In this document: positions 12,335-26,400 of the stretch, piece after piece | Position numbering within the stretch: the stretch's first letter is position 1 | Layout of the letters: the number at the start of each line of letters is the position of its first letter | Origin: Camelus dromedarius | Lineage: Eukaryota | Assembly: GCF_036321535.1 (NCBI RefSeq) | Contig: NC_087436.1 | Location: forward strand, 69,628,001-69,692,000 | DNA length: 64,000 nucleotides | Direction of reading: 5' to 3' | Notes under the pieces: generated by a model | The model's input: only the letters and a program-made list of their open reading frames with translations | Database searches by the model: none | What the model was told of the DNA's origin: nothing | Made by a program: the position numbers and the translations under genes

Positions 12335-14435
12335 GGAAGAGTATGACTGTAGCTGAGTGTTGGCATGACGATAATCAGTGCATTGTAGAGAATACCCTTC
12401 CTTGTGTCCTCAGGGGACTCCTTAGAAACAAGAGCAACTGGAGGCCAGGAACATACTATGTGAATTGTTGGAGTGGGAGGCACCTGGTTCCAACATCCTT
12501 CTCAGAGAGTTTCCAGGCAGAGGAAGAGGAAGGTCCTGGAGGTACCTGGGCTGAAACAATCCGTGACCATCCTGATTTGAAAAAACAAGAGGAAGTTACC
12601 ACATCCAGGAAGAACTGTGGTGGGAGGGACCGGGGCGGACGTAAAGAGCACCAAAGTCCACCTCAAGGACGAGGAGAGAGTGCCAGCCTTTCTGGTGTCT
12701 GCCTTCCTCAGCAGGGGAATTTCCAATTCTCAATATCAATTTCAAATTCCTCCTTGTACTGCATGGCCTTCTGTGTCCTGCTTGCTGCCTTCCTTTTCAA
12801 CTGCGTCACTCACCACTTCCCTCATTACCATTATGGCGCACTCCAAACCAAGGCCATTAAGGCACCTTTCCTTCGCCACATGTAATTCCCTCCCCTGTCT
12901 CCACACCTCCGTTCATACACCTTTACTCATCTTTCAAGGCTCCTTTCTTAATCTTTTCACGTTGAGAATAACCCTTCCTTTCATGTTCCTTCAATGTTCT
13001 TGTGTTCCTCAATATTATCGTACCTTTCAACATATAAAATTTGTTAATTTACAGGTTTGCTTTCCCAACAGAATTATTTTAGAGTTCTAATTTCATGCCT
13101 CCAGACACTAGCCATCAGCACTTCCCTCGTCTGTAAACCTCTCCTTCACTTCTCAACTTTCCAGATCTTACCCAAACATTAACAGTTATTTCAAATTTCT
13201 GACCACATCATTCCTTCATATGTTGTCTGTCTTCTGGACCTCTAGCGTACTTTACTTATTATATCAACCATTTAGAAATTAAACCTTGAAATTACTTCCA
13301 TGTGTTAAATTTCATAGGACTTTTCATATGCCTCAGTGAAAGTTCTTCTGCTATACTACATCCTTCATCACCATAACTTTTAATCATCAACCATGTTCCA
13401 AAAGTCTCAGCCTGCTGTGTCCTCTTCTCCTTTACCACACTGCTATCCCCACAGCTCCTCATAGTCCTTCTCTCTGTGCCTATACAAATTTAATTATATT
13501 GCTAGTAACCTCTCTCATCTCCATTTTCAAGAAAGAAAGACATGTGAAACTGAATCTCCCAGATAAAGCTATCTCACTTTATAACCCTACAACAAAGGGG
13601 AAGGAATCCCTTCTCTGTTGTCACCTGCAACTGGAGGGCAAGAGGATAGGAAGGAATTGTCATTCTACTTCCACTGCCTGTTTACTTTTTGGATTAACTT
13701 TACTAAAGGGGCTTCCTTACCTTGAATTGTCTGTTATTCTAGAATTTGGCCCTTTCCCTCATCTCACTGTTGCCATTTACTGCCCATCAGGGTCCCTAAT
13801 GGATCTTGGTTCAGAGGTATGTTCTCCATTTCATCTTCAAACATGCCATGATCCTGGACCATATCAATATCCACATAAAGGGCCCAAATTCCTGACCTCT
13901 TTTACTCAAAAGACCTTTACCTCACTTCACTAGTTTAGTCATTAACAAAAACTTCTTTATCTTTAAACTTTTTCAAATCTAAAATTCCCCTCTCTGCTCT
14001 AAATTATTTACTTTTAGTAACTTCAGTACTTCCACAAGAGTGGCAAACATTCTTACTAGCTATGAAAAGATTAGTTAATCAATAAAGAAATGTTGTTATT
14101 AGATATTGTTACAGTTACTGCCAGGAAAAAGAATCAGAAGATTGTCATTGGAATTATCTAGCAGTATTCAACATTACTTGGATTTAGGAGAGTGCATATC
14201 TGGAAGTCTGCAGACTGCTGCAGAAATATTGTGAAGGTTGTTTTTACCAGTGCTGTGACAGTTTTTAATCTGCTGATTCCTCTTACTCTCATACCACCCT
14301 GATGGCTTAAATCAGGTCATTTTATATGCATGTTAAGCATTCTCCTCTTGCTAGGATCTTTCTTCCTCCCTCAACTATCTAAAGATGCAATACCTTACAT
14401 ACATTAAAGTGTTCTGGTTGAGTAAACGAGTGAGC

Positions 14436-14680
14436 AGCATGGTAGATTAGAAAGAGCAGAGGCTCTGACGTTGGAAGGTCTGAGTCACCACTTACTTGTT
14501 AGCTGGCGCATGACATTGTATGGAAATTAATTTACTTATAAAAGGTTTGATTTCCTTATCAAAAAAGAGAAAATAGTGCCTGCTTTCTCTATATTACATT
14601 GTCCTTGTAAGGAGTAAATGGAATAATAATTTTAAGAAAACTTTAGACATTGTAAAGAAACATATAAATTGATTACTAAA
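14436..14680 (+). mobile_element. MIR SINE (degraded)
   Basis: agcatggtagattagaaagagcagaggctctg...tttccttatcaaaaaagagaaaatagtgcctgc, MIR-like. Confidence 0.5.
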
Positions 14681-15336
14681 TGAATAACTTCTATTCTGCT
14701 GATGGATGGCTTATTAACCTATCAAATTTGATAGGTAAATTTGATATCTAACGATGCCTGTTAAATACATCTATCCTCATAGTAACATTTTTAAACATGA
14801 ACATTCAATGATTGGATCAGGAAAGCTAAGAATTATGAAAACTAAATTTTGTCAAGTCAGAAGAAGAGATATTTCTGATAGGCAAAAATCTCTTTACCCA
14901 CCAAATCACACAGTCTTTCAGAATAACTCATTAGGTAGGATTTAGTTAATGAAGTTGAATTTTAGCCCAGTTTTCCCAGATGTCTTGAGTAGATAAAAGC
15001 TTAATTAATGGCAAGATGACGGAATATTTGGTTGGAGGTAAGAGAAGGGTAGTGATATTGGTACCACGTACACAGACAAACTGTTACCACTGGGACATTC
15101 TACCTACAAAAAGAATCTAGGCTTGGATAAGGAAATGCTTTACTTTAGACATTTTTGTAAAGGTGAACACTTTCATGGAAACACAATTCAGCATTTTTAG
15201 TGTCTTTGTTTTTCCTACATATGTTACATATTTTTACAATTTTTATGTGATCTTAAGTATCTTTCAATGGTATTTTATATAAATCTTTCATTATTGTGTA
15301 AGTTTAAAAGAGAAGACTATACATTTTCAAATTTCC

Positions 15337-15507
15337 CAGTTCCTGGCTACTCAAAGTGTGTCACATAGATCACCAACAGTGACATCACCTGAGAACTTGT
15401 TAAAAATTCAAGATCTCAGGACACACCTCAGACCTACAGAATCTGAATCTGAATTTTAACAAGGTGCCCTAGTGATTTATAAGCACATTAAAGTTTGAGA
15501 AGCACTG
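15337..15507. mobile_element. MER5A-like hAT-Charlie DNA transposon
   Basis: ctactcaaagtgtg...catcacctgagaacttgttaaaaat...cagacctacagaatctgaatctg...aaagtttgagaagcactg. Confidence 0.75.
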
Positions 15508-18500
15508 TCTTAATTAACTGTCCTGTGAATATCAAATCGTACAAGATTTCATTCATGAAAAGACTGAAGTTCTTCTTTCTATTCCCCTCTCACAGCCTCT
15601 TCCAAGCTTTCTTTAGTTGTTCTATCAAATATTTTGTCTTTACCCTTCTATACATTTTCTATGCACATACAAATATAAAAGTATAATTCATAAATTCTCA
15701 AAAGTTAGAAAATCCATGAAGTAGGAAGATAATTTGGATATAAAATATTAGTTGAGGCTTTAAAAAATCATGTTCTAATAATGGATAATCTTAAATGAGT
15801 ACTTACTCTTGTTTCAGGCACTCTTCTAAGTGTGTGACCTCATTTTTTCGTCTCAATCCCACACAAAGTAGATGTTACTGAACAGATGGGAACATTGAGA
15901 CACATTGGTTTTGCAAGATTACACTGCTGGTCACTGAGAGCCAGAAATTAAACTTACAATTGACCCCGAAGCCTTGTCTTGCAACCACATTATACTGCTT
16001 TACTTAGGCTATGTGTTTTATATAAGATCACCAGAGACCTACTGACAGAGCACCAATGAGTTAAAAAGGAACATCGTTCTAAATACAAACATAAACTTAA
16101 GCACAGGTTCTATATTTCCAGAGCCATCGTATATTCATAATATACAGCAGCTTCCTGAAAGGAATTCCATTGTAGCCCTGGGTGCCAAGGTTCCATTTGT
16201 ACAATACCTAAGAGCAGTTATTAAGAATGCATTGTGAATTCCCCCTTAGATTCAAATTGGCACGTGGATTTCTACAGAAAAACAAAAAATATCTTTCACG
16301 CTTCTCAGTAAATTTCCTTCTGGAAGGTTAACTGTCTGTTACATAATTAAGGACATTTACCTAGAAGACTCACTAGTCATAAACTCAAATGTTCCCGAGA
16401 GCGTTTTGACAAACTAGCTTTGAAACGTCATGTTCCGAATTATTGACTGTCTCATAAAAGAGATTTGAATCTGGACCAGAATATGTAGCAACAGTATACA
16501 CAACCTTGTGTAGTAAAGTTTACCTCTTGGCTCATAGTATTTTTCTTTTCAAAAACCTTTAAAATGTCTATTGCTAATATTGTTCCCTCTTATTTTTGTG
16601 CTAATTAGCTTTTCTAATAAGTATGACTTCAAAGAAAGAATTTTTCCAATATTGAAACTTGAAAAACAAGAAAGCTCTCTACTTAGTTTTCTCTTAGCTG
16701 ACCTATATCCACTTTCATTTGTTTGGGGATTCTGTTGCATTTTCAACACCAGTTGTCACTACAATAGCTATGTGCTGGTGTGCTTAAAATTGTCCCTGTT
16801 TATGTCTGTTGTTTTGTTACAACTGTTAAGAGTAGACACTTCATTATCATAAATGTTCAATGTTGTATGATCAATTATATGTTCACACTATGTATGAATT
16901 TATTACATTAGAAAATTGATATTTAGGTAGTAGTCTCATTTTTTTCTTAACTCATAGGGCAAAGGCTCATCTGACTACAAATTGTCTAAATATGTGTCTC
17001 AAATTTGAGCCTTATTTTAGTGGTGAAAGTGATAAAAGCAAATGGAAAATATCAATATAAAGCAAATATATGTAGGCTCGAATTTTGCAGGATTTGGCAT
17101 TGTGTGAATCTACAATGAACAATTATATTTTACAATGATAAGAATGATTTATTAAAAAATACAAACCCATTAAGACAAAGTGGAAACTGATCCTTGTCCA
17201 TACGAGACAGAAAAATCTGGATTTTGAGTTCAGGAGAATTCCCACAGTAGTTACACAAGTTCATTAAGACTTTGCTTGTCTTATGACACAGATTAGACTT
17301 TTAAAAAAAGTCTGATTATTCCCATTTGATGGCAAGGCTTATTATTATCAAATCTATCTAAGAAGACTTGTGCAGTCTCCCTCCAGTTTCATCTGTTCAT
17401 AGGTACTCCGGGGCCCTGTTTAAATCTCTATTTTGGGGCTATCAAAAGTATTAACATTAAACATACTAAAATTATTTGCTTTTTTGTATATTAATTATCC
17501 ATTATATTGTGAGACTAGGAATTTTGTCTTGATCAATTTTTATATTCCCAGTGCCTTGTCTAGTTTCTACATCTCTGTGAATAAGTAAAAAAAATAATGA
17601 ATAAACAAATGAGGTTTCAGTAGCTTTTCACAAATTACAGTCAATTTTCATATAGTATGATTTTGAGTTGGGAGTAAAATAAGTCAGTTATGCTGGATAC
17701 ACTCTTAGGTAAAGACAAAAGCAAGGTATTATAGTGCAGCTGAGGATGTTTGTCCTCAGCCCCTTGAATAAATAAGAGTAAACAGGAAAAAAAAAAAAGA
17801 CTAGTACCTGCTGAAACTGATGTGATGCAGTCAGCACGGAACTATTATCGAAAGAGAACTTCAATATGGAAAACTGCAATCTTTTTCTATCCCCAGTGTA
17901 GAGAGTCTGAACCACTTTGAAATTTCTTTTAACCCAAAGTAATGTTCCTGTCATATAACTGTGAATAGACTGTAAATATCATTAAAGCTTTTTTAAAATT
18001 TAAAATGTAATATGAATGACTCTTTCTTTGTAAATAAGCAGTCACAATCAACAATAATTTGTAAAAACTCTATGTATGGATATTTTCTCTAGCATATAAT
18101 AGTTTTTAAGTGTATTATGCCACTTAATTCTAAGAGTACAATTAAGATTTGGAGAGAAGAATTTTCATTTTTTCTTTTTATTTACTTTAAAAGGTGGAAT
18201 ATCAGAATTGATTTTTTGCAACATTTTAAAATTATAATTCTTGAATAATTATTACTTTCAATTAAACAATCTAATAATGAAATTAATGAATGAATGCTGT
18301 CATAACAAACACACTCAAAATAAAGAAAACAAAAATTATTTGGTGTGGTTAATGATACCACCAAATTTTATAGGACAGCTGTATTTTCTTTTTGGAAAAA
18401 ATAGATCATACTACATATAATGTTACTCCACAAAGTAAACAATTAAAATAAATAATAGGAAACAAACTGAGTTTAAAAGGTGAAATAGATAATGAATTCT

Positions 18501-18769
18501 TTTCATGGTCTAGTAAGCTGATAAAATTTGAAAACTTTTGAAGACCCTGTTTTGTCCAAAGAATTTTCTTTATAGATTTTGAAATTTTTAAAAATTCAAA
18601 AATAAAGGGAATCTTATTGATGTAACAGTCTTTCCAATTATTCATTTAACATAAAACTGTGTTCTCATAATTACCATTAATCTAAATTTTTTGTATTTTA
18701 ATTTTGAATAATGTCATTCTATTCCTTGTATAATTTGCTGTCATAGCATGAATCACTCCTTTGTTGAAA

Positions 18770-18930
18770 ACTCTCCTCAGAATTTCTTGGAGAAGAATTG
18801 GACAGAAAATTAATTTCCTATTTGAGAGGATTCTTAGAATTTAAATAAACCTATTGGTTGAATTGAAACCACAAAATTAGCATCTTACTAATGATTAGAT
18901 TTAAATAGTTGTGAAATAAAGAGATCTGTC
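18770..18930 (+). promoter_or_regulatory. CSN1S1: CSN1S1 proximal promoter
   Basis: STAT5 GAS TTCTTAGAA 18831-18839; Runx AACCACA 18867-18873 adjoining octamer ATTAGCAT 18876-18883; casein-type TATA TTTAAATA 18900-18907, ~30 bp before exon 1. Confidence 0.85.
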
Positions 18931-18983
18931 ATCTCCTTGATCATCGACCCAGTTTGCTGCTTCTTCCCAGTCTTGGGTTCAAG
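18931..18983 (+). other. CSN1S1: CSN1S1 exon 1 (non-coding, ~53 nt)
   Basis: atctccttgatcatc...gggttcaag|gtatt, downstream of the TATA box. Start approximate. Confidence 0.85.
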
Positions 18984-20414
18984 GTATTATGTTTACATAT
19001 GGCAAAATTATGATGATTTCACTTTGTCTAAACTTTCTTTCCACTCCTCATTTATATGCATTTGTAACTTTTCAAATATTGATAACTTGGTGTCTGTAGC
19101 TTAAAAATGCATTTGCAAATGTTGATACTATCTATCTTTAGCTTTAGGTGAAAAATCATATAGTTTTATAAACATCAAATAATTTTTTGATGACTTGGTA
19201 ACTAAATTCTCATAGATGAAAAAGTAGATACATAATTTCAGTAAAGACTTGTGGTGAAGTAAGTTGAATTATCTTTGTTCAATTCTATGGAAAGTTGTTA
19301 TGCAGAATAATTTATAATCTTTTTAAGTGTCATGGGTAAGAGCATTTCTGGTAGAATATTTCAAGGCCACTTTTTTCCATGCATAAGTTTAATTAAATTA
19401 ATTCTATAAAGGATATGTCAAAGATAGACAAATAGATATAACTAACTACTTTTGTAAAGATGGTTATAGTTGGATATTCAGAAGGATGCAAGTGGATAAA
19501 AGTAGTAAATTTATTTTGGGTTTATAAATATGTCTTCTTTACTAATGCATTCAGATTCTGCAGTTTGTAAACTGAAACAGTATATATAAAATATGGCGGT
19601 ATTAGTTTGTTGAATAAAGTATGTATGATCTGTATTTTTTCTAATTTTTCTGGAAACCATTTTTCTAGCACATGTAAATGAAAGTATTTCTAGGTTCTTA
19701 TAATTTGATGGAACTCTAGAAGTCAAACATGATATGACATCTGAATCTTATGATTCTGTCCAGTTCAGTCTTCCTCATATAGTCATGTCATGGATATACC
19801 AATGCAGCAAAATATAAAATAATGGCTAAATTCTTTAAGAAAATAATTCATGGAAGATAAGTTTCTATATAATGCACCAACAGTGTTTTTCTTAAAGACT
19901 CTGAATGAGCAGGATGCTCTAAAATAGATTTAAAAGAGAAAGACATTTTTTTTAAATGTCAGATTAAATTAAATGGGTTCAGTGGGTTTTAGTTTACTAT
20001 ACATTTTAACAAATCTAATGATCTAAGAGGATTTTTTTTTAATTTTAACTGAAATATTTAAAAATTGAGTAGTATTTAAATATGAATGCCTCTCTATTCT
20101 TCTGACAAAACCCTATTACCACTTCATGGATCAAATGCGTTGTTTTAGAGTGTTAGTGAATAAAAATATTAATAAGAGACTGGTATTTCTTATCTCACAC
20201 AAGCACTAAGCAAGATAATTTGAATGATTAACATTTATATTGAATAGCAAAATTAAAAATTTAAATTAGTAAAAATATTAAACAAATGAAATTATTTTTA
20301 TTATAACACACTCCTTTGTTGGGAAATCAAGGATTTTTTTTTTCATATGAAACCAAATTTTATTATCAGACCTTACTCTTTTTCTGTTGTTTTCTTACCT
20401 AGGTCTTGACCACC

Positions 20415-23400
20415 ATGAAGCTTCTCATCCTTACCTGCCTTGTGGCTGTTGCGCTTGCCAGGCCTGTGAGTACCACAGAGAACTTAGAAGGTTCTGGGTT
20501 CCTGTTTGAAATCACCTGATATCACATCAAACACAAGATACTGAGAATAATAAAGTGTTGGATGATCTCTAATTAGCTATTGAAGTCTTGATATTAAAAC
20601 TATGATAATCCTTCACATTTTGGTCATTATTATGTAGTTCATTCAGTCTTGACTCCAAATAAAATCTCTGCTTGAAATATAAATCTCTCATGATAAAAAA
20701 TAATAATAATAATAAAAAAGTAAAGAATAGAAGAAATAAGGTATCAAACAATGTAACAAAGAGCATCAAAGAATGACATGAAGCTCTTTCCCTGCATCCG
20801 TTACAGAATTAGCGTATTTGTAAACATATTTGTCCAATGTATGTCTTTACCAAATATAACATAAAGCCGTATAGTCCAGTATTTTCTACTTTTGGAGCCT
20901 AAGTCAACCCTCAGTTGAGATGTCTTGAGTCAACCAAAATTTCCCCAGGTATAGAAAATTAGGCTCATTCTGCTGATTTGGAGATTGAATTGTTTGTGGT
21001 CCCTGTAGACAGTGAAATTAGATAATGTAAATTAAAATAACCCTTCTCAAAAATAAAACAAAAAACTATTCAGTTACTTACATAAAGCAAAAAGTTATTC
21101 TGTTTTCCCTTGTGATGCACAGCTAGTGCAGTGAAAGGAGTAAACAGGAATCACCTGACAAGAAAACAATTCAGATAAAATAATGGTCTTGGATGCTTGG
21201 ATATTGAAACTATCAAATACAGATGCAAGTTTCTGAAATGCTGAGATACTCTATTGGACTCTAATTTTCTATATCCATATTTAGAAAATGCAGGATCACC
21301 AAGAACTCAACTTCTTAACTTCTTAACAGAGTTTTGTTTATGCTACACCCTAAACACTAATAGAAAGAAATCTCTGACAGTAAGTTACAAAAATAAATCC
21401 AAGTCCTTCAGAAATGTATCATTGGAGTAGTCCTTATCTTGTTCTTTTACAAATGAAATGGGTATAGTTTCCCCAGTAAAAAAATAGTTTCCTACAGTCC
21501 TATTCCAAAATAACCCACATCATTTTTAATGTTACCACCTAACAAACATAAATTTTGTCTCCACAGTTAAAATGAAGATTGAGATAAATTTTTGTATGAT
21601 TTAATTGGTGATAGAAATAAAATCCAGACAAGCAACATTTAATTAGGAAAAGTATACATTTTGCTCCAAAAATGTATAATGGTTTAAAGTCACCTTTAGA
21701 ACTACCATGTAATATAAATTGTTCAGAAAACTAAATCATTTCTTTATCATTCTGGATTAACTCAAACTAGTTCAGAGTTTTTTGGGGGTTTTTTTGAAGT
21801 CTTTTTACAAAGTTTTCTCAATTCTCCACCATACTCTAAAGAGAGGAAATAATTTACTTTTTAAATTTTTGTCAATAAAATATATTTTTTCCTCCCAGAA
21901 AAACTTGGTGTCAGACAGATTTAGCTATTAAAATACAAACTTTTCTTAAATAGCAACATTAAATTCATAGTATTATATGTATATTGTGATCTTATTATTA
22001 TTGTACTTTGATTGCTTTTTGTTTTATTTTATTGCTATATAATTCTTGCTTTGTTTTTCACAGAAATATCCTCTCAGGTACCCAGAAGTCTTTCAAGTGA
22101 GTGTTCTAGTCTACGTTCTGAGAACTCACTCTAACTGTGGAACTTAAGTGGTGGTGTATCGGTAATACATAGACTCTAGTCCTGTGCCTCCCCTCTCTAT
22201 AAAGTCAGTTTCACATTCACTAAGGTATAATATCTTCAGGTCAAATATTGAACTGAATATCGATCTGCTCTCACAAACCATCTTAGAAAGAAGGCACATA
22301 GACTTACATAAATATTTATGATTAATTAATACCTTATTATTCAAGTGCAATAGTTAAGGATATGTTAGCATGATTTATTTTAAATTATTATTGCTTCTTT
22401 CTAGCTCTTTTACTTGCATTCAAACATATAATTTGCAATTTGCTCTCATTTTACACACTGAATCTTCCACACCCTTCTACAACAGCCATTAATCCACTCT
22501 GTCCTCTAATGGAATTAATACCTTTTACTTATTTTTTTATTCTTTGCAGAATGAACCAGACAGCATAGAGGTAAAGTTCTTTCTTTCCCCCAGCTATTCT
22601 CTCTTTCAGTTAGCTATGATGACTGTTGCATGTCTTCCTCATTTCATTTATTTTCCTTCAATTGTATCCAGGTACACAAGGTACTTGGATTACTCTCTTA
22701 ATTGTCTGTTTTAATTAAATTCCTATTCAATCCCTCCTTTGACATTTGATAAGTATGTTACTAAACTTGTGGGTCTGGTAAAGAAGGAACCAAATATGGT
22801 ACCTCCTTTAGATTTTAAAATTAGATCCTAGAACTACAACTAATTCTCTTATTTCACCTAAGAAATATTCTGGTTTACTAAGTGAACAGAGAACTTTTGT
22901 TCAAATGGAAAACATACTCCTTTTGGGGTGCATTTTTCCTTTTTATAATTCACAATTTAATATCTACAGGAAGTCCTCAACAAAAGAAAGATTCTTGAGT
23001 TAGCAGTGGTAAGTGTTATCCACTTATTCTTCTAAAATGACAGCCAAATTCTTGAAAAATCAACATAATTTTTGTTTGCAAATGTTTTTTCACTTGACTT
23101 GATTAAACCTTTACTTCATTCACTCTTCCAAGCACTGAAAAAGAATATTGAAATCAGATAAACAAATATTAAAAAGCTGCTTTAAATTTTAATTTGTACC
23201 TTTGCAAAACACTCATGTTTTCATTTGCATAACCTATGTAGAATTTTACAATTTCCATGTTCATTATAATGGAATGTTCTTTATCTCTAGATAATACCCA
23301 CTATGTGTTGTATTTTCAATAATTTTGTGACTGACTTGTCAAGTAGAACACAAACAGAAATTTTACTTCAAGGACACTGTATAAAATATTTGATAGGCAA

Positions 23401-26400
23401 CCCAACTTTGTCTGAATGATTTTTAACATAACCTTCCTCTTTTTCTGTAGGTTTCACCCATTCAGTTTAGACAGGTAAGAAATTGTCCACAAGATATACT
23501 GTAGAGTTAACAAATGGAAGCAAATTTTGTTCTCTCCAGTAAGTATTGTGGTGTTGTGCCAATTCTTTACTGCCTTTTTATGGAAATAAACACTAGCTTT
23601 TTTGAACCAGATAGATGAGATCAAGAGAATTCAGAATAATGACTAAAACAAAATGAAAGATAAGAACAACAAAATTTAGTGGGATAAAATTTTAAAATAT
23701 TTTTAAGTGCACATTTACATACTGACAACTTTAAAGAAAGCTTAGCAAGGAGACACTTAATGCAAGAAATGATACAGCAAGAAATATTAGTGCAGTCACA
23801 AAAAAACACATTCATCTTTTAATTTGCAGTAGCAATGTAAGGTATGTTTTCTCATAGATATCCATTCATTTGTGTCCCTCTTTACTAATGTTTCTCTCTT
23901 GTTTCCTGTCCTTAAGGAGAACATCGATGAACTGAAGGTAAGGACCATCAATGATATTTAAATTATTTTAAAAGTTAGTCCTTTCAAAAAATATATTTTA
24001 CAAGTTACACTTTATTGGTTTCAGCAGAGAGAACTTCTGAGAGAAACACAAAATGATGAACTCAAGGCACCAACCTTTTCTTAAGATAATGTGGCAAAAA
24101 AATGTATTCTTGCAGTAGAGAAAGTGTTTTAATTTAGAAAAAGAATATTTGTCTTACTTCATTTATACTTCCCATAAACTTTCAAAATGGCTGATGAATT
24201 CTACTGAGAATTCTAAATATTGATTTTATTGATTTAACTTTAAAGCTGTGAAGAGACAGGGCCTTAGTATGAATGAATAAATGGATGAATGAATGAATAA
24301 ATGCAATTATAGACAGTTGTCTGCACTTAGTATCAAAACTGAAAGAATGATTTATTCAGGGTATTATATAAAGCAACGTATCTGCTCTAAGAATGTTTTA
24401 CATAATTAGTTATTATTCACTTTCTTGAAAAATGATTTTTTGGATCTGGATTCTCTACCAGATTTTTAATAGAGGCCGTTAAGAGATCACACAGATGCTC
24501 AAAATTTGTGAGATAAAATAAATATCTTTGTAACTATTCTTCATACCTGAATGATTATCTTTGATTATCTTTTCTTGACAGGATACTAGGAACGAACCAA
24601 CCGAAGTAAGATTATTTTTAAACTATTAAATATAAGGAAAAGAAAGACGTAAAAACATTTCCTTTAAATACCCTGCCCAAAATGAATAAATAAGTCTCTT
24701 AAGTCAAAACTAAGACAGATATCTCTAATTCAAAGAAAAGAAAATACAGCATAGCATATGAAAGCCAGAATTAACTGAATAACTAAACCAACACTCAAAT
24801 TCTATGGATCATGTCACTACTCTGTCTATTGCTTTGGTCATGAAAACTGAACGCAACACACCAGTTGGAAAAAAATCCATTTTGCTTAAATATTTATATG
24901 CCATTGAACTAATGCACTTTTATTTACCACATCACCTTTTTAATATAATGCTCCTGCTTAACATCCAAGACCAAGTTAAAGAAAGAAGTAAAGCTAATTA
25001 AAAGAAAATAAAGGTTATTTACATTGATTTATCACAACATATAAGAATCTACGGTAGTTTTTATTGAACTCTGAAATGCAGATTAGTGAGGTAAATTCTT
25101 TGGTTAGCCTGGTAGGCAGGCTATTTTGTTTTCCTTATCACTTGGCTATTGTCTCAAATTTATATTTTCTTTGGCATCTATATATTTGGTAATTGTTATT
25201 TTACATCTGAATATTTATCATAAAAAATAAAGTTAATTCTCTTTTCTTTTCTCAGGATCACATCATGGAAGACACTGAGGTAAGACCTTTGTTTTAATAA
25301 ACTGTATACTTATGTATTATACATAGTATGTGCACTATGCTTTACTTTATCAAAGCTGTCTTCTCAAATTGAGCAAGATTGAACTTTTCGACCAGGACTA
25401 TTATAGCCAGGAATGTACAATGCTGCGCCAGATAAAGTTAACATTAGAGGGGAGAATCTGTCATTTAAATGATAATCAGTGAAGAGTTTGTCAGAGATTA
25501 GGTTCTTGTCTCCTCGCAGAAAGAATTCAGAGATGAGACACTGAGGTCAAGAAAGTAAAGCGAGGATTTATGAAGGTATAGAAAGGACGCTCTCAAGGGG
25601 AGAGCGGGCAGCCTCAGGTGAGCAGCTGTGCTCAGTTTCTTTGGCAAGCTGGTTACTAGTAGAGTGTAAACATAAATGGGCGGAATGTTCATTGGAGAGG
25701 GAGGGGTTGGGGGTCCTTTCCCTGATTTTCATCCCAGCTCCACCTTCCCAAGGGGAGGAGAGATTTTTGTTCTTATTTAATCTTGTTTGAAAGTGTTGTG
25801 GCGTAGGTACTTCTGATCCGCGAGGCTGATTTTATTGTAATGAGAGCATAGTGAACAAAGGGTTACATTTAGATGCTGGAGATTCCTGCCTTTCCCACCT
25901 TTCTTTTCCTGCTTCCAGGACACCTGTCACCCCAAAATGTGTGAATTCTTATCAGTCCTGAGGTTCCTGCTTTTCTCTGTCTGCCCAACTAACCCTGTTG
26001 TTCACAAGATGTATGGTTTCCTGCCATTTAGCCGGTTCTCCCTTTCTCTGCTCATTTCTGTCTGCTCTAACAAAAAACATTGCTTATTTATTAAAATAAA
26101 GAGTAAAAAGCAAAATATGTATGAATGTTTAAAATGAACTATAAGACTCAAAGAAAACCCCAAAAACCCAAAAGCCAAAACCTGCCTCTGCCATCCAGGG
26201 TATGAGCTCATTCTCTTCTACACTGAGGGCAGTCAGTCCTGGGGCAGAAAGAACCTCCTGCAACAATTACTTAGGATCCATGGGCTAGCCCACCTAATCT
26301 AAAAAGATGGGGAAAAATCCATTAGCCTCAAAAATTTGGTTAATCACGTCTCCCAAGAGATGAATAGTCTGTTGCATATTAAAATCAATCTTTTAAATAT

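Noticed and set aside
12343..13090. Overlapping ORFs of 180, 157 and 74 aa
   Set aside because: No recognisable domain or splice context; most likely chance ORFs in a GC-richer, repeat-derived patch.
13499..13933. 144-aa ORF
   Set aside because: Non-ATG start and no recognisable protein family; may overlap degraded LINE sequence.
16100..16450. Possible distal CSN1S1 enhancer with several TTC...GAA-like motifs
   Set aside because: No perfect TTCNNNGAA site found by eye; cannot be supported without an alignment.
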